From: an uncultured Actinomycetota bacterium
GTDB lineage: Bacteria > Actinomycetota > Thermoleophilia > Gaiellales > Gaiellaceae
Length of the DNA stretch: 64,000 nucleotides
Reading direction: 5' to 3'
Assembly (NCBI GenBank): GCA_963768435.1
Contig: CAVYIB010000017.1
Span: forward strand, 8,923-72,922
The notes beneath the pieces were generated by a model. That model saw only the letters and a program-made list of their open reading frames with translations, was not told the origin of the DNA and ran no database searches. How positions within the stretch are numbered: position 1 is the stretch's first letter; every line of letters starts with the position of its first letter. Below, piece after piece: positions 38,894-48,207 of the stretch. The position numbers and the translations under genes are program-made.

Positions 38894-39948
38894 TCACGCC
38901 GGTGTGCCAGAAGTGTCAATTCTTCGTGCCGTCTCCGTGTGGACGAGCTCGCGTAGACGGCCGAGAAGGTCCGGATCGGTGGCCGGGAGGACGCCGTGGC
39001 CGAGATTGAAGATGTGGCCCGGCCGGCCGGCGGCACGTGTCAGAACGTCGCGGGCGCCGGCCTCGATGCGCTCCCAGGGGCCGAGCAGCGCGGCCGGGTC
39101 GAGGTTCCCCTGCACCGCGCGGTCGTGCCCCGCGAGGGCCCAGCCGTCGTCGAGCGGGATCCGCCAGTCGAGCCCGATGACGTCGCCGCCGGCCGCGGCG
39201 ATCGCCGGCAGCAGGGTCGAGGCACCGGTGCCGAAGTGGATCGCGGGACGCCGGCCTCGGCGAGAGCGGTGAGCACACGCGCCGACCAGGGTGCCGCGAA
39301 CTCGGCGTAATCCGCCGGCGAGAGCGCGCCAACCCAGGAGTCGAAGATCTGGACGATGTCGGCGCCGGCCTCGGCCTGCGCGAGCACGTAGGCGGCGAAG
39401 GTCGCGGCCAGCTTGTCGAGGAGCGCGCTCCAGACCGCGGGCTCGCGGTACATCAGCGCCTTGGTGACGGCGAAGTCGCGCGACGGCTTGCCCTCGACCA
39501 GGTAGCCCGCCACGGTGAAGGGCCCGCCGCAGAACCCGACGACCGCCTGGTCGGGGCGAAGCTCGGCCCGCACCGCGCGGATCGCGTCGAGCACTGGCCC
39601 GACCGTCTCCGCCGGGTCGGGGACCCGAAGTCGCTCGACCGCGGCGAGTGTCCGGACCGGCTCGGCCACGACGGGCCCGACGCCTTCGACGAGCTCGACC
39701 CCGGCACCCATCGCGACAACCGGGGTCATGATGTCCGCGAACATCACGGCTGCGTCGACGTCGTGTCTCCGGACGGGTTGCAGCGTCACCTCGGCGGTCA
39801 GCTCGGCCGAGCGGTTGATCTCGAAGAACTCGTGCCGCTCGCGGATCCGCCGGTACTCCGGCAGCGAGCGTCCCGCCTGCCGCATGAACCAGACGGGCGT
39901 CCGCTCGACCGGCTCGCGCCGCGCGGCGCGCACTAGGAGCGGTTCCAC
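38894..39948 (-). CDS. hemE: Uroporphyrinogen decarboxylase, frameshift near 39245-39248
   Basis: From GTG 39948 the reading is MEPLLVRAARREPVERTPVWFMRQAGRSLPEYR...LTALAEAGV. It continues as PAIHFGTGASTLLPAIAAAGGDVIGLDWRIPLDDGWALAGHDRAVQGNLDPAALL... in the frame of ORF 38894..39115. This looks like a 1-nt deletion. Confidence 0.9.
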
Positions 39949-39967
39949 CGCCCTAGACTAGCGGGCC

Positions 39968-40665
39968 ATGAAAGGGCCACTCGCCGTCGCCTGGGGCGAC
40001 TGGACGCTCGCGGAACCGCACGCCGGGGCGGTCACGGTCGCCCGCGTCGAGCTCGAGAACACGGGCAGCGTCGCCTGGCGCGACCCGGTGCTCCTCTCCT
40101 ACCACTGGCTCGACCTACGCCACAACCCGATCGTGTGGGACGGCGAACGGACGAGCCTTCCCCTCGTCGAGCCCGGCGAGCGCCTGACCGTCGAGGCGAA
40201 GGTGCGCGCCCCGATCCCCCCTGGCCGGTACCGCTTCGCCCTCGATCTCGTCGCGGAGTTCCGGGTGTGGTTCTCGGAGCTCGGGAGCGCGCTCGATTCG
40301 CGGGAGATCGACGTGCTGCCTCGCGGCGGCGAGCCACCACGCCGAGCTCCCGGCCTGGGTCGAGCCGGCAACGGACTGGGAGGAGCGGGTCGCGGCCGAC
40401 GCATGCCGAGGGTTACGCGGTCGTCGCGGGATCGATCGAGTGGCAGGGCGGCCTCACCCGGCGCCGGCCGAAGGCGCTCGCTGCCTACGCCCCGGGCGCG
40501 GGCAGGATCCCCGGGTTCACCCACGCGCTCGTCTGCCCGTCGGTGCTCGACGGGCTCGAGCTCGAGCGGCTGCCGGACGTCGCGGGCCTTCCGGCCTTCG
40601 CGGCGCCGGCCGACGAGCCGTGGGTCTACGACGGCCGGGTCGTCCTGCGGGCGCGACCCGCGTAG
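39968..40665 (+). CDS. Hypothetical protein split over three frames (frameshifts near 40334 and 40401)
   Basis: The parts read MKGPLAVAWGDWTLAEPHAGAVTVARVELENTGSVAWRD...DVLPRGGE / HHAELPAWVEPATDWEERVAAD / HAEGYAVVAGSIEWQGGLTRRRPKALAAYAPGAGRIPGF...VVLRARPA. There is no family assignment. Confidence 0.45.
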
Positions 40666-40673
40666 TCGCCAGG

Positions 40674-41514
40674 CTACAGCTCGATCGCGAGCCGGTCGTC
40701 CACCCGGCCGAACACGAACGAGCCGAGGCAGAGCGACACGACGGCCGCGACGGCGAGGTAGACGATGTCCGCCGTCCTCGGGACGTTGCCACTCCAGAGC
40801 GCAGTCCCGCACGGCCGCGATCGGCGGCGCGACGAAGTTCCCCCACTCGAGCACCTTGACCAGCTTCTGATGGCTGGCCGCCGAGGAGGGAAGCGAGGTG
40901 AGGCTCCAGAGGATCGGCGTCAGGAAGAACCACGGGATCAGGGCCGCGGCGAGGATGTGCTCGGTGTCGCGGAGCAGCACGTTCACGCAGGCGGCGATGA
41001 GCGCGACCCCGGCGACGAACCCGGCGAAGAGCAGGGCAAGCGGGATCGCGAGCCACACGGTCGACCGCGCCCCGGGGATGAAGACGAGCGAGAGGACGAT
41101 CAGGATCACGAGCATCACGGCGAACGTGATCGCCTGGGTGGCGACGACCGAGAACGCCACGAGCTGCCGCGGGAACCGCACCTTCTTGATCAGCTCGGCG
41201 CTGTCGACCATCGAGCGCGCGCCCGTCTGGAGCGAGACCGAGAAGAAGATCCAGCACGCGATCCCGGACAGCAGGTAGAGCGGATAGTGCGGGACGCCGG
41301 CGTTGTTGTTGAGGATCACGCCGAACACGAGCAGGTACACGGCCATCAGCGCGAGCGGGTTGACGAGCGACCAGAGGATGCCGAGCGCCGATCCCCGGTA
41401 TTTCGCCTGGAAATCGCGCTTGAACAGGTTCGTGAAGAGCTCGCGGTAGCGAACGAGATCGGTGTATACCGCCACAAGCGCAGTGTAGGGCCGGGGTATC
41501 CGATCCAGGCGCAT
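40674..41514 (-). CDS. wzm: ABC-2 type polysaccharide-export permease (Wzm), frameshift near 40798-40803
   Basis: The frame of ORF 40099..41595, from ATG 41514 (or GTG 41475), reads ...YRELFTNLFKRDFQAKYRGSALGILWSLVNPL...PPIAAVRDC. It continues as LWSGNVPRTADIVYLAVAAVVSLCLGSFVFGRVDDRLAIEL to a stop at 40674. Confidence 0.8.
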
Positions 41515-41693
41515 CACCTGAGGGCGCGCCTCAGTGCGGGTGGAGCCGCCGGGGGTGCTCCGAGCGGACGCGACGGGCGGCGAAACCCCGGGCATGGCCC
41601 TCGCCGGTGCCCTCGAGGACGAGGAGCCTCCACTGTTCGCGAGGGCCTGGCTCGGTCCCCGGCGCCGTCAGCCGACGGTGAACGGCGGGCTCG

Positions 41694-43199
41694 TCAGCGT
41701 CTCTGTCCGGCGGGGCCGGCCGAGGTCAGGACCACCGTCATCCGGTATCGCCCCGCCAGAACCGTGCGAGCCGGAAACGCCAGGGTGACCGGGTTCCCCG
41801 GCGCCAGCGTGCCGGACGTCCTCAGCGTCGAAGCGCCTCCGCCGCGTGGCGGCTTGACCGGCCCCAGCGTCGCCCTGTACGCGGTGCGCCGGCGGGCGTC
41901 GATCCCGACCGTCCAGACCGTGTTGAACGCGCTGTAGGACGTCAGCGCCGGCCATTCCACCCGGTCGACGAGCGCCGAGACCGTCGCGAGCCGGAGCGAG
42001 GTCGAGTGAGCGGCCTGGAGCCTGGCGCAGTCGATCGTTCGTGACCTGGCGTCCGTGACGACCTGCCGCAGCGCCCCGAACGACGCCTTCGGGTCGCCGT
42101 TCGCCCAGAGCACCCCGGATTGCCACCCCTCGAGGTCTGGCTCGTCCTGCAGCAGGAAGTTGAAGAACGCGCCCACGTACGGCTGGCAATAGGCGAGCTC
42201 GACTCCCGAGATCAGCTGGCTCGACTGGGTCGCGGCGGCTGCATCGCCGGCGACGGGCTGGTCCGGCAGAGGATGGTCGTCGTTCTCGTTACCGGTGTAG
42301 CCCTGGACGTGAGAGGAGTCGGGGATCGTCTGCCAGCCGTCTTCGAGGTACCAGACGGTCGGGCACGAGGAGGATGGACCGCACGCGCCGGGCACCGGTT
42401 GGCCGGTCCCGGCGAAGGCCTGGTCGAGGGCCTGGACGAGATGGTCGAGGTCGCCCTCCCCGATGAGGCCCGGCCCCAGGTGCTGTTGCCAGGGCGACTC
42501 CGCCGAGGACGAGCCGTACGCGCTGTGGCCGATCGTGTCGAAGATCGGCCTCGTGCGCCCGCTCCTGCGATACGCGAGGCCCATATCCTCGATGAACGTC
42601 CCGGCCGCGTAGGAGACGTTGCTGACGGCGTGCGGGTTGTCGTTGCCGCCGGGGGAGGTGGACATGATCACGTTCATTCCCGGCCGCACCGCGTGGAGAA
42701 CGTCGTAGCACTGGGCCAGAAGCGCCTCGTACGCATTTGGTGCGGCACTCGAGCCGTCGCCGTTGTACTGCGGCTGCCAGAAGTAGTCGACGTTCGGCTC
42801 GTTCCAGATCACGACGTCGTCGATCGTGGGGTGGCGCGCGACCAGGTCGCCGACGGCGGAGCAGTAGGCGGAGCGCCCGTCGCCCGTTGTCGGTGCGTCG
42901 ACGGCCCGGCCGTAGATCGTGACGACGATCCGCATGCCCGCCGACGCGGCGACCGTCCTGTTGAGCGAGGAGAGCTCCGAGGCGTCCAGCTGGGTCTCGC
43001 CGGGGTGCCAGGCCAGGAACACGTGTACCGCGCCCAGCCCGAGAGCCTGTGCCGCGCCCATCGTCGCCGCAGGCGCGGTCAGGAAGCGGCTGTCGGTGAT
43101 TCCGACGAGCAGCCCCGGCTGCGCGGCCGCCGTCGCCGCCCGCCCGAGGGCAAGCGCGAGCAGCACCGCGAGCGCGACGCGTTCGGCCCAGGTTCGCAC
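41694..43199 (-). CDS. Secreted clan GH-A (TIM-barrel, GH5-like) glycoside hydrolase
   Basis: ORF 41694..43199 has a signal peptide (MRTWAERVALAVLLALALGRAATAAAQ) and the acid/base motif VVIWNEPN. The C-terminal part is beta-rich. A frame switch near 41715 would give an alternative ending ...RPRRTETLTSPPFTVG with a stop at 41668. Confidence 0.6.
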   Translation of the reverse strand: MRTWAERVALAVLLALALGRAATAAAQPGLLVGITDSRFLTAPAATMGAAQALGLGAVHVFLAWHPGETQLDASELSSLNRTVAASAGMRIVVTIYGRAVDAPTTGDGRSAYCSAVGDLVARHPTIDDVVIWNEPNVDYFWQPQYNGDGSSAAPNAYEALLAQCYDVLHAVRPGMNVIMSTSPGGNDNPHAVSNVSYAAGTFIEDMGLAYRRSGRTRPIFDTIGHSAYGSSSAESPWQQHLGPGLIGEGDLDHLVQALDQAFAGTGQPVPGACGPSSSCPTVWYLEDGWQTIPDSSHVQGYTGNENDDHPLPDQPVAGDAAAATQSSQLISGVELAYCQPYVGAFFNFLLQDEPDLEGWQSGVLWANGDPKASFGALRQVVTDARSRTIDCARLQAAHSTSLRLATVSALVDRVEWPALTSYSAFNTVWTVGIDARRRTAYRATLGPVKPPRGGGASTLRTSGTLAPGNPVTLAFPARTVLAGRYRMTVVLTSAGPAGQRR

Positions 43200-43202
43200 G
43201 GC

Positions 43203-43970
43203 TCAGCCGCTTGCGTGTGCCGGCGTGAAGAGCTTGCAGGCACGGAGAGCGGCCGTCGTGGCGTCCTTCGTGCAGATCACGCCCTCGTACTTCGTGCCGA
43301 GCGCCGACGGCGGCTTTCCATTCGACGTGAGGAGCTCGGAGGTCTCGGTGAACAGGTAGAGGTCGCCGATGCTGCCCTGGCAGTCGAAGACCTGCTTGGT
43401 GACCGATACCGTCTCCACGACGCCGCCGCCGAGGGAGACCGTTCCGAGCTCGAGCGGCTCCGAGGGCTGGACGATCGCCGGGAACGGATAGGTGCCGGAG
43501 ACGACGCTGCACCCGGCGAGCGGCGTGGTCGTCGTTCCGAGCGGAACCGTCACGGTCTGGCATGAGACGCCGCCGGTGACGAGGCCGTCGGTGCAGATGT
43601 GCCCCTCGACGCTTCGGGCCACCGCGACCGAGCCTGGAGTATGGCCGCTCTGAGCCGTGTCGACGAGCTCGATAAAGGTCTGCACCTGCTTCAGCTCGGC
43701 GAGCGTCGACTTCGAGTCGTAGCAATTGAAGGTCTCGAGATCGACGACGATCGTCTTGCCCGTCTTCCCAAGCCAGACGGAGTTGAGCCTGGTCGGCGCG
43801 GACGGCTGCGGGGATACCGCCTGGCATCCCTGCGGAATAGGACTCGGGCTCGGACTCGGGCTCGGACTTCCGGCCCCCTCCGCAGCACCGGTCATGAACA
43901 GGAACAGGAGCGCCGCACACGCGAGCATGGGCCACCAAAGGCCACGACTCCCACCATCGCAACGGTTCAT
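43203..43970 (-). CDS. Secreted Cys-rich hypothetical protein with an (SP)n linker
   Basis: ORF 43203..44087, with ATG at 43970. It has a signal/TM region (LWWPMLACAALLFLFMTGAAEG), a GSPSPSPSPSPIP linker and 10 Cys in the mature part. Its stop lies 3 nt upstream of the GH-A start. Confidence 0.55.
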   Translation of the reverse strand: MNRCDGGSRGLWWPMLACAALLFLFMTGAAEGAGSPSPSPSPSPIPQGCQAVSPQPSAPTRLNSVWLGKTGKTIVVDLETFNCYDSKSTLAELKQVQTFIELVDTAQSGHTPGSVAVARSVEGHICTDGLVTGGVSCQTVTVPLGTTTTPLAGCSVVSGTYPFPAIVQPSEPLELGTVSLGGGVVETVSVTKQVFDCQGSIGDLYLFTETSELLTSNGKPPSALGTKYEGVICTKDATTAALRACKLFTPAHASG

Positions 43971-44206
43971 CTCACCCTCCCCCGAACTGAGGTCAACGTT
44001 CCGTGCTGCTTGTTTCGACCCCGCGACTATACAACTCTCGTGGACAAAATCAAGGCCCGAAAGCTCGCGTCTTCGCACCTGGCGCAAGGGCTCCCGTCGA
44101 CCGTTCGACAGAGCCCTGAAAAGGGGCCCGGGGCTGGCGATCCGGCCGCTCCAGCCAGTACCGTCCTCACAACGTGCTAACGGCGTTTGACTACCCTCAG
44201 GGCCCG

Positions 44207-44287
44207 ATGAGCGTAGGCTGGACGGAGGTGTCGGGTTTGCCGGTGCCGGAGCAGAAAATCATAGGGCGACCGAAGGCTGCCCCGTGA
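44207..44287 (+). CDS. MSVG mini-ORF B (26 codons) / conserved leader cassette upstream of the WecA-like gene
   Basis: The peptide is MSVGWTEVSGLPVPEQKIIGRPKAAP. Its TGA overlaps the GTG start of the WecA-like gene (GTGA). It is homologous to 34632..34724. Confidence 0.4.
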   Translation: MSVGWTEVSGLPVPEQKIIGRPKAAP

Positions 44288-46091
44288 GCACTGCCGTCGC
44301 GACCATCGCGCTGCCGGCCTCGGCGGCCGTGATCTGGGCCCTGCTTCGCTCCCCCCTGGCCAGGCGGATCGTCAACGTGCCGACCGGCGACCGCTGGTCT
44401 GCAGCGCCGACGCCGAGCCTCGGCGGGATCGGCATCTTCGCGGGCTTCACGATCGGGCTCTGGGCGGCCGTCGCGGTCGGCGCGTTCCACCCGGCAAGGA
44501 GTTCGTCGGCGTCTTTGCCGCGATCACGCTCGTCTTCGCGGCCGGGCTCGCGGATGACCTCTACGGCATGCCTCCACTCGGGAAGCTCGCCACGCAGCTC
44601 GTCGCCGCGGCGATCGTGATCGCCACCGGAACGCACGTCCAGCTGATCCACAACCAGGTGGTCGGCGATGCGATCGCGGTGATCTGGCTGATCGGGCTGA
44701 CGAACGCCTTCAACCTGCTCGACAACATGGACGGGCTCGCCGCGACGCTCGCCGCGATCGCGTTCGGGTTCTTCGCGATCGACGCTCTGACCATTCATGC
44801 AAGCGACGCGACGCTCGCGTACGCGCTCGCCGGCGGGCTCGCGTGCGTCGGGTTTCTCCCGTTCAACCTCCGGAAGGGGCCCGCGCTCGTCTTCATGGGC
44901 GACTCCGGAAGCCAGATGGTCGGGTTCGCGCTGGCTGCGCTCGGCCTGACCGCGAGCTGGCGCGTCGCCGGAACGACCGTCGCGACGCTCGTGCTGCCGA
45001 TCCTGATCCTCGCCGTGCCGATCCTCGACACCACTCTCGTCACCGTCGCGCGGCTCCTCGACGGGCGGCCGATCCACGAGGGCGGGCGGGACCACACCTC
45101 TCACCGGCTTGTCCGCTACGGCCTCTCCGAGCGGCACGCCGTCGCGCTGCTCGCGCTGATCTCGCTCTGCATCGGCGGCTCGAGCCTCGCCTACACCGTG
45201 CTCGACAACTTCCGGCTGACGGTGATCGGCGTCCTCGCGACCTTCGTCCTGCTCGTCCAGTTCGCGAGCTTCCTGGCCGACGTCGACCGCCGGCCGGCGC
45301 AGCTCGGGGAGCCGCTCGGGCTCGCCCAGGCCTTCGGCGTCCACTGGCGCCGCCTGGTCGAGGTGATCGTCGACTTCTTCGTGATCACCGCCTCGTTCAC
45401 GGCTGCCTACGTGATCGACTTCGGCTGGCCGGGAACCGACAGCCAGCGGTTCATCCGCGACCTCGCGCTGCCGATCGTGCTGACCACCTGCTATCTGACG
45501 TTCATCCCGTTCGGCCTCTACCGGTCGGTGTGGCGCTTCGCCGGGATCCGCGACGCGATCAGCGCCGCCCTGGCCGTCGTCGTCGCCAACGCCGCCGCAC
45601 TCACGTTCATGGTGCTGACCCAGGACATGCGCGACTTCGACGACTCGTTCTTCATCATCAACACCCTGATCTGCATGGTCGCGATCATCGGCTCGCGCTT
45701 CGCCGAGCGGACGCTCCTGATCGGGACGCAGTCGGTGCGCGACCGCACGGCCCGGCGCACGCTGATCGTCGGCGCCGGCCGGACCGGCCGCAGCCTGATG
45801 CGCGAGCTCCGCGAGACGGGCGGCGAGAAGGTCGTCGGCTTCGTCGACGACAACCCGCACCTTCGCCGCCGGAGCCTCCAGGGCGTGAAGATCGTCGGAG
45901 CGACCTCCGAGCTGGCACGCGTGCTCGAGCGCACCGAGCCCGACATCGTGCTGATCACGATCCCCGATGCGCCGCGTGAGGTCCTCGACGCGCTCGTCGA
46001 GACCTGCACCGAGGCCGGCGTCACGTGCCGCTTCGTCCGGCGCGAGATCGACCTCGACCCGCGCGTCGTGTTCGGCGCTGCATCAGAATGA
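44284..46091 (+). CDS. WecA/MraY-family polyprenyl-phosphate N-acetylhexosamine-1-phosphate transferase fused to a C-terminal multi-TM plus Rossmann-like (CapD/WbaP N-terminal-like) module; frameshift near 44491-44494
   Basis: From GTG 44284 the reading is VSTAVATIALPASAAVIWALL...GAFHP. It continues as GKEFVGVFAAITLVFAAGLADDLYGMPPLGKLATQ into ORF 44568..46091 (NAFNLLDNMDGLA, FMGDSGSQ). More TM helices follow, then TLIVGAGRTGRSLMRELRETGGEKVVGFVDDNP. Confidence 0.8.
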
Positions 46092-46098
46092 CCCACCC

Positions 46099-48207
46099 AT
46101 GACCTCGGTCTCCGTCAGCACCACCGGCCGCGAGCGGCAGCGGTCGCTCGTCGACCGCGTGCTCGCCGCCTTCCCGGCGCTCGTCATCGCGCTCGTGATC
46201 TTCGTCTTCTACGCCGTCGAGGCCTGGTCGCGGAAGACACCGTGGATCTTCACCGACGAGCTCGAATGGACGCAGATCTCACGCTCGATCGCCTCGACGG
46301 GGCATGCCGCCCGGCGCGGCGACCCGATCTACTTCAAGTCGCTCTACGCGTACCTGATCGCCCCGGCCTGGTGGATCCACTCGACGAGCGCTGCCTACTC
46401 GGCGATCAAGTACCTGAACGCCTTCGTCATGCCGCTCGCGGCGATCCCCACCTACCTGCTGGCGCGGATGCTCGTGACCAAGCGCGCCGCCGTCGCCGTC
46501 GCGGTCGGCTCGGTCGCGGTGCCGGCAATGGCCTACGTCACCTCGATCGTCACCGACGTCCTCGCCTACCCCTACTTCGCGCTCTGCTCCTGGCTCTCGG
46601 TGCGAGCGCTCAAGGAGGGCCGGCGCCGGGACGTGATCATCGCCGCCGTCTTCCTGCTCGGCGGCTACTTCATCCGGCAGAAGCAGTTCACGACGCTTCC
46701 GTTGGCCTTCGCGTTCGCTGCCACCGGCCTCTGGTTCACCGGGCCGCGCGGCCGCGGCTTGCGCCGCAACTGGTCGAGAGGCGACAAGCTCGGCGCCCTC
46801 GCGCTCGCGATCGGCGTCGCGATGCTGTTCAACCGCTACGCCCTCCAGCACATCCAGGAATGGCAGGTCCCGACGCAGCACTACAAGAACCGCTTGGTCG
46901 ACTACGGGCTCCGCGCCGGACTCTCGCTGACGATCGGACTCGGGGTCCTCCCGGTGATCGGCGGCCTGGTGTCGCTCAGGCTTCCCGAGCGCCGGGGCGA
47001 TCCCACCTACCGCGCCTACGCCGCGTGGACCGCCTCGGCGATCGGCGTCCTCGCGCTCTACACCGCCGACAAGGCGACCTCGCTCTCCCTGGACTTCGCG
47101 ACGCTCTGGGAGGAGCGCGACCTGATCTACCTGTGCCCGCTCCTACTGCTCGGCACCGCGATGGTGTTCCAGGCAAAACGGCTCGACTGGCGGATCGTCG
47201 CCGGAGCCACAGCCTTCGTGCTGGTGATGGTCGGGCTGAAGGCGATCCAGCTCCAGTTCCCGTACTACGAGGCTCCCGGGTCCTCGATCCCGGCGGCCCT
47301 CGCCAACTACCGCCACTGGACGTCGCACTCGGTGCGCGTCGGGCTGTTCGGCCTCCTCGCGCTCTCGCTCGGGCTGATCGCCCTGCGACGCAGACGCTGG
47401 GCGGGGCCGCTGACCGCCGCGCTGCTCCTCTGCTGGATGCTGGCGGGCGAGATCTCGATGACCGTCGGGCTCGACAACGGCGCCAACCAGTACCGCCACA
47501 ACCTTCCTGCTCAGCTGAACTGGGTCGACGCGCAGGTGCGCGGGAAGCCGGTGACCTACGTCGGCCAGGCGATCCTCGACCCGTTCGGCGAGCAGCTGAC
47601 CGAGTTCTGGAATCGCTCGATCAAGAACGTCACGAGTCTCGACGGGACGGCGCCCGGCCCCGGCCCGACCTCCACGCCGAATCTCGTCAACCCCGAGGGC
47701 CTCCTGTCGGACGACTCGGGAGATCCGTACGTCCTCGCCGACACGGGCGTCGTCCTTGCCGCTCCGATCACGAAGCGGCAGGGAGCCATGACCCTCTATT
47801 ACACCGGCGGGAAGCCGTGGCATCTGCTCGACGCCGTCCAGCAGCTGTACTCGGACAGCTGGTGCCCCGACTGGTGCGCCTACACCTACTTCAAGCCGCA
47901 CCAGAAAGGAACGCTTCTGATCTCGATCGGCCGCAAGGGCTACAACGGCAGCTACCCCGCCGGCCAGGCGACGATCGTCGTCGGCACGGTCCGGATCGAC
48001 AAGCACTCCGCTCCCCGGCTCGACCACGTCTACGTCGACATGCACCACGTCGTGAAGAACGGAACCTCGAGCGTGATCGCGATCCCGGTGGCGCATACCC
48101 CGGTTCGCGTCGAGGTCTCGATCCCGAACACGATCCCGCCGGCGGTCTCCGGGGATCCGCGTCACCTCGGCGCTCAGGTCGGCTTCAAGTTCAAGCCGTC
48201 CACGTGA
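46099..48207 (+). CDS. GT-C-like polytopic membrane glycosyltransferase candidate (paralog 1) with a C-terminal beta-rich soluble domain
   Basis: This is the tail of ORF 45967..48207, starting at ATG 46099 (702 aa). It has an Asp-Glu first-loop motif (PWIFTDELEWTQISRS) and more than 10 predicted TM helices. It is a paralog of 55549..57658. Confidence 0.65.
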   Translation: MTSVSVSTTGRERQRSLVDRVLAAFPALVIALVIFVFYAVEAWSRKTPWIFTDELEWTQISRSIASTGHAARRGDPIYFKSLYAYLIAPAWWIHSTSAAYSAIKYLNAFVMPLAAIPTYLLARMLVTKRAAVAVAVGSVAVPAMAYVTSIVTDVLAYPYFALCSWLSVRALKEGRRRDVIIAAVFLLGGYFIRQKQFTTLPLAFAFAATGLWFTGPRGRGLRRNWSRGDKLGALALAIGVAMLFNRYALQHIQEWQVPTQHYKNRLVDYGLRAGLSLTIGLGVLPVIGGLVSLRLPERRGDPTYRAYAAWTASAIGVLALYTADKATSLSLDFATLWEERDLIYLCPLLLLGTAMVFQAKRLDWRIVAGATAFVLVMVGLKAIQLQFPYYEAPGSSIPAALANYRHWTSHSVRVGLFGLLALSLGLIALRRRRWAGPLTAALLLCWMLAGEISMTVGLDNGANQYRHNLPAQLNWVDAQVRGKPVTYVGQAILDPFGEQLTEFWNRSIKNVTSLDGTAPGPGPTSTPNLVNPEGLLSDDSGDPYVLADTGVVLAAPITKRQGAMTLYYTGGKPWHLLDAVQQLYSDSWCPDWCAYTYFKPHQKGTLLISIGRKGYNGSYPAGQATIVVGTVRIDKHSAPRLDHVYVDMHHVVKNGTSSVIAIPVAHTPVRVEVSIPNTIPPAVSGDPRHLGAQVGFKFKPST

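Noticed and set aside
43838-43870. A hexanucleotide tandem repeat (GGGCTCGGACTC-type units)
   Set aside because: It encodes the in-frame SPSPSPSPSP linker of the Cys-rich secreted protein. It could vary in length, but there is no evidence for phase variation because the units are multiples of 3.
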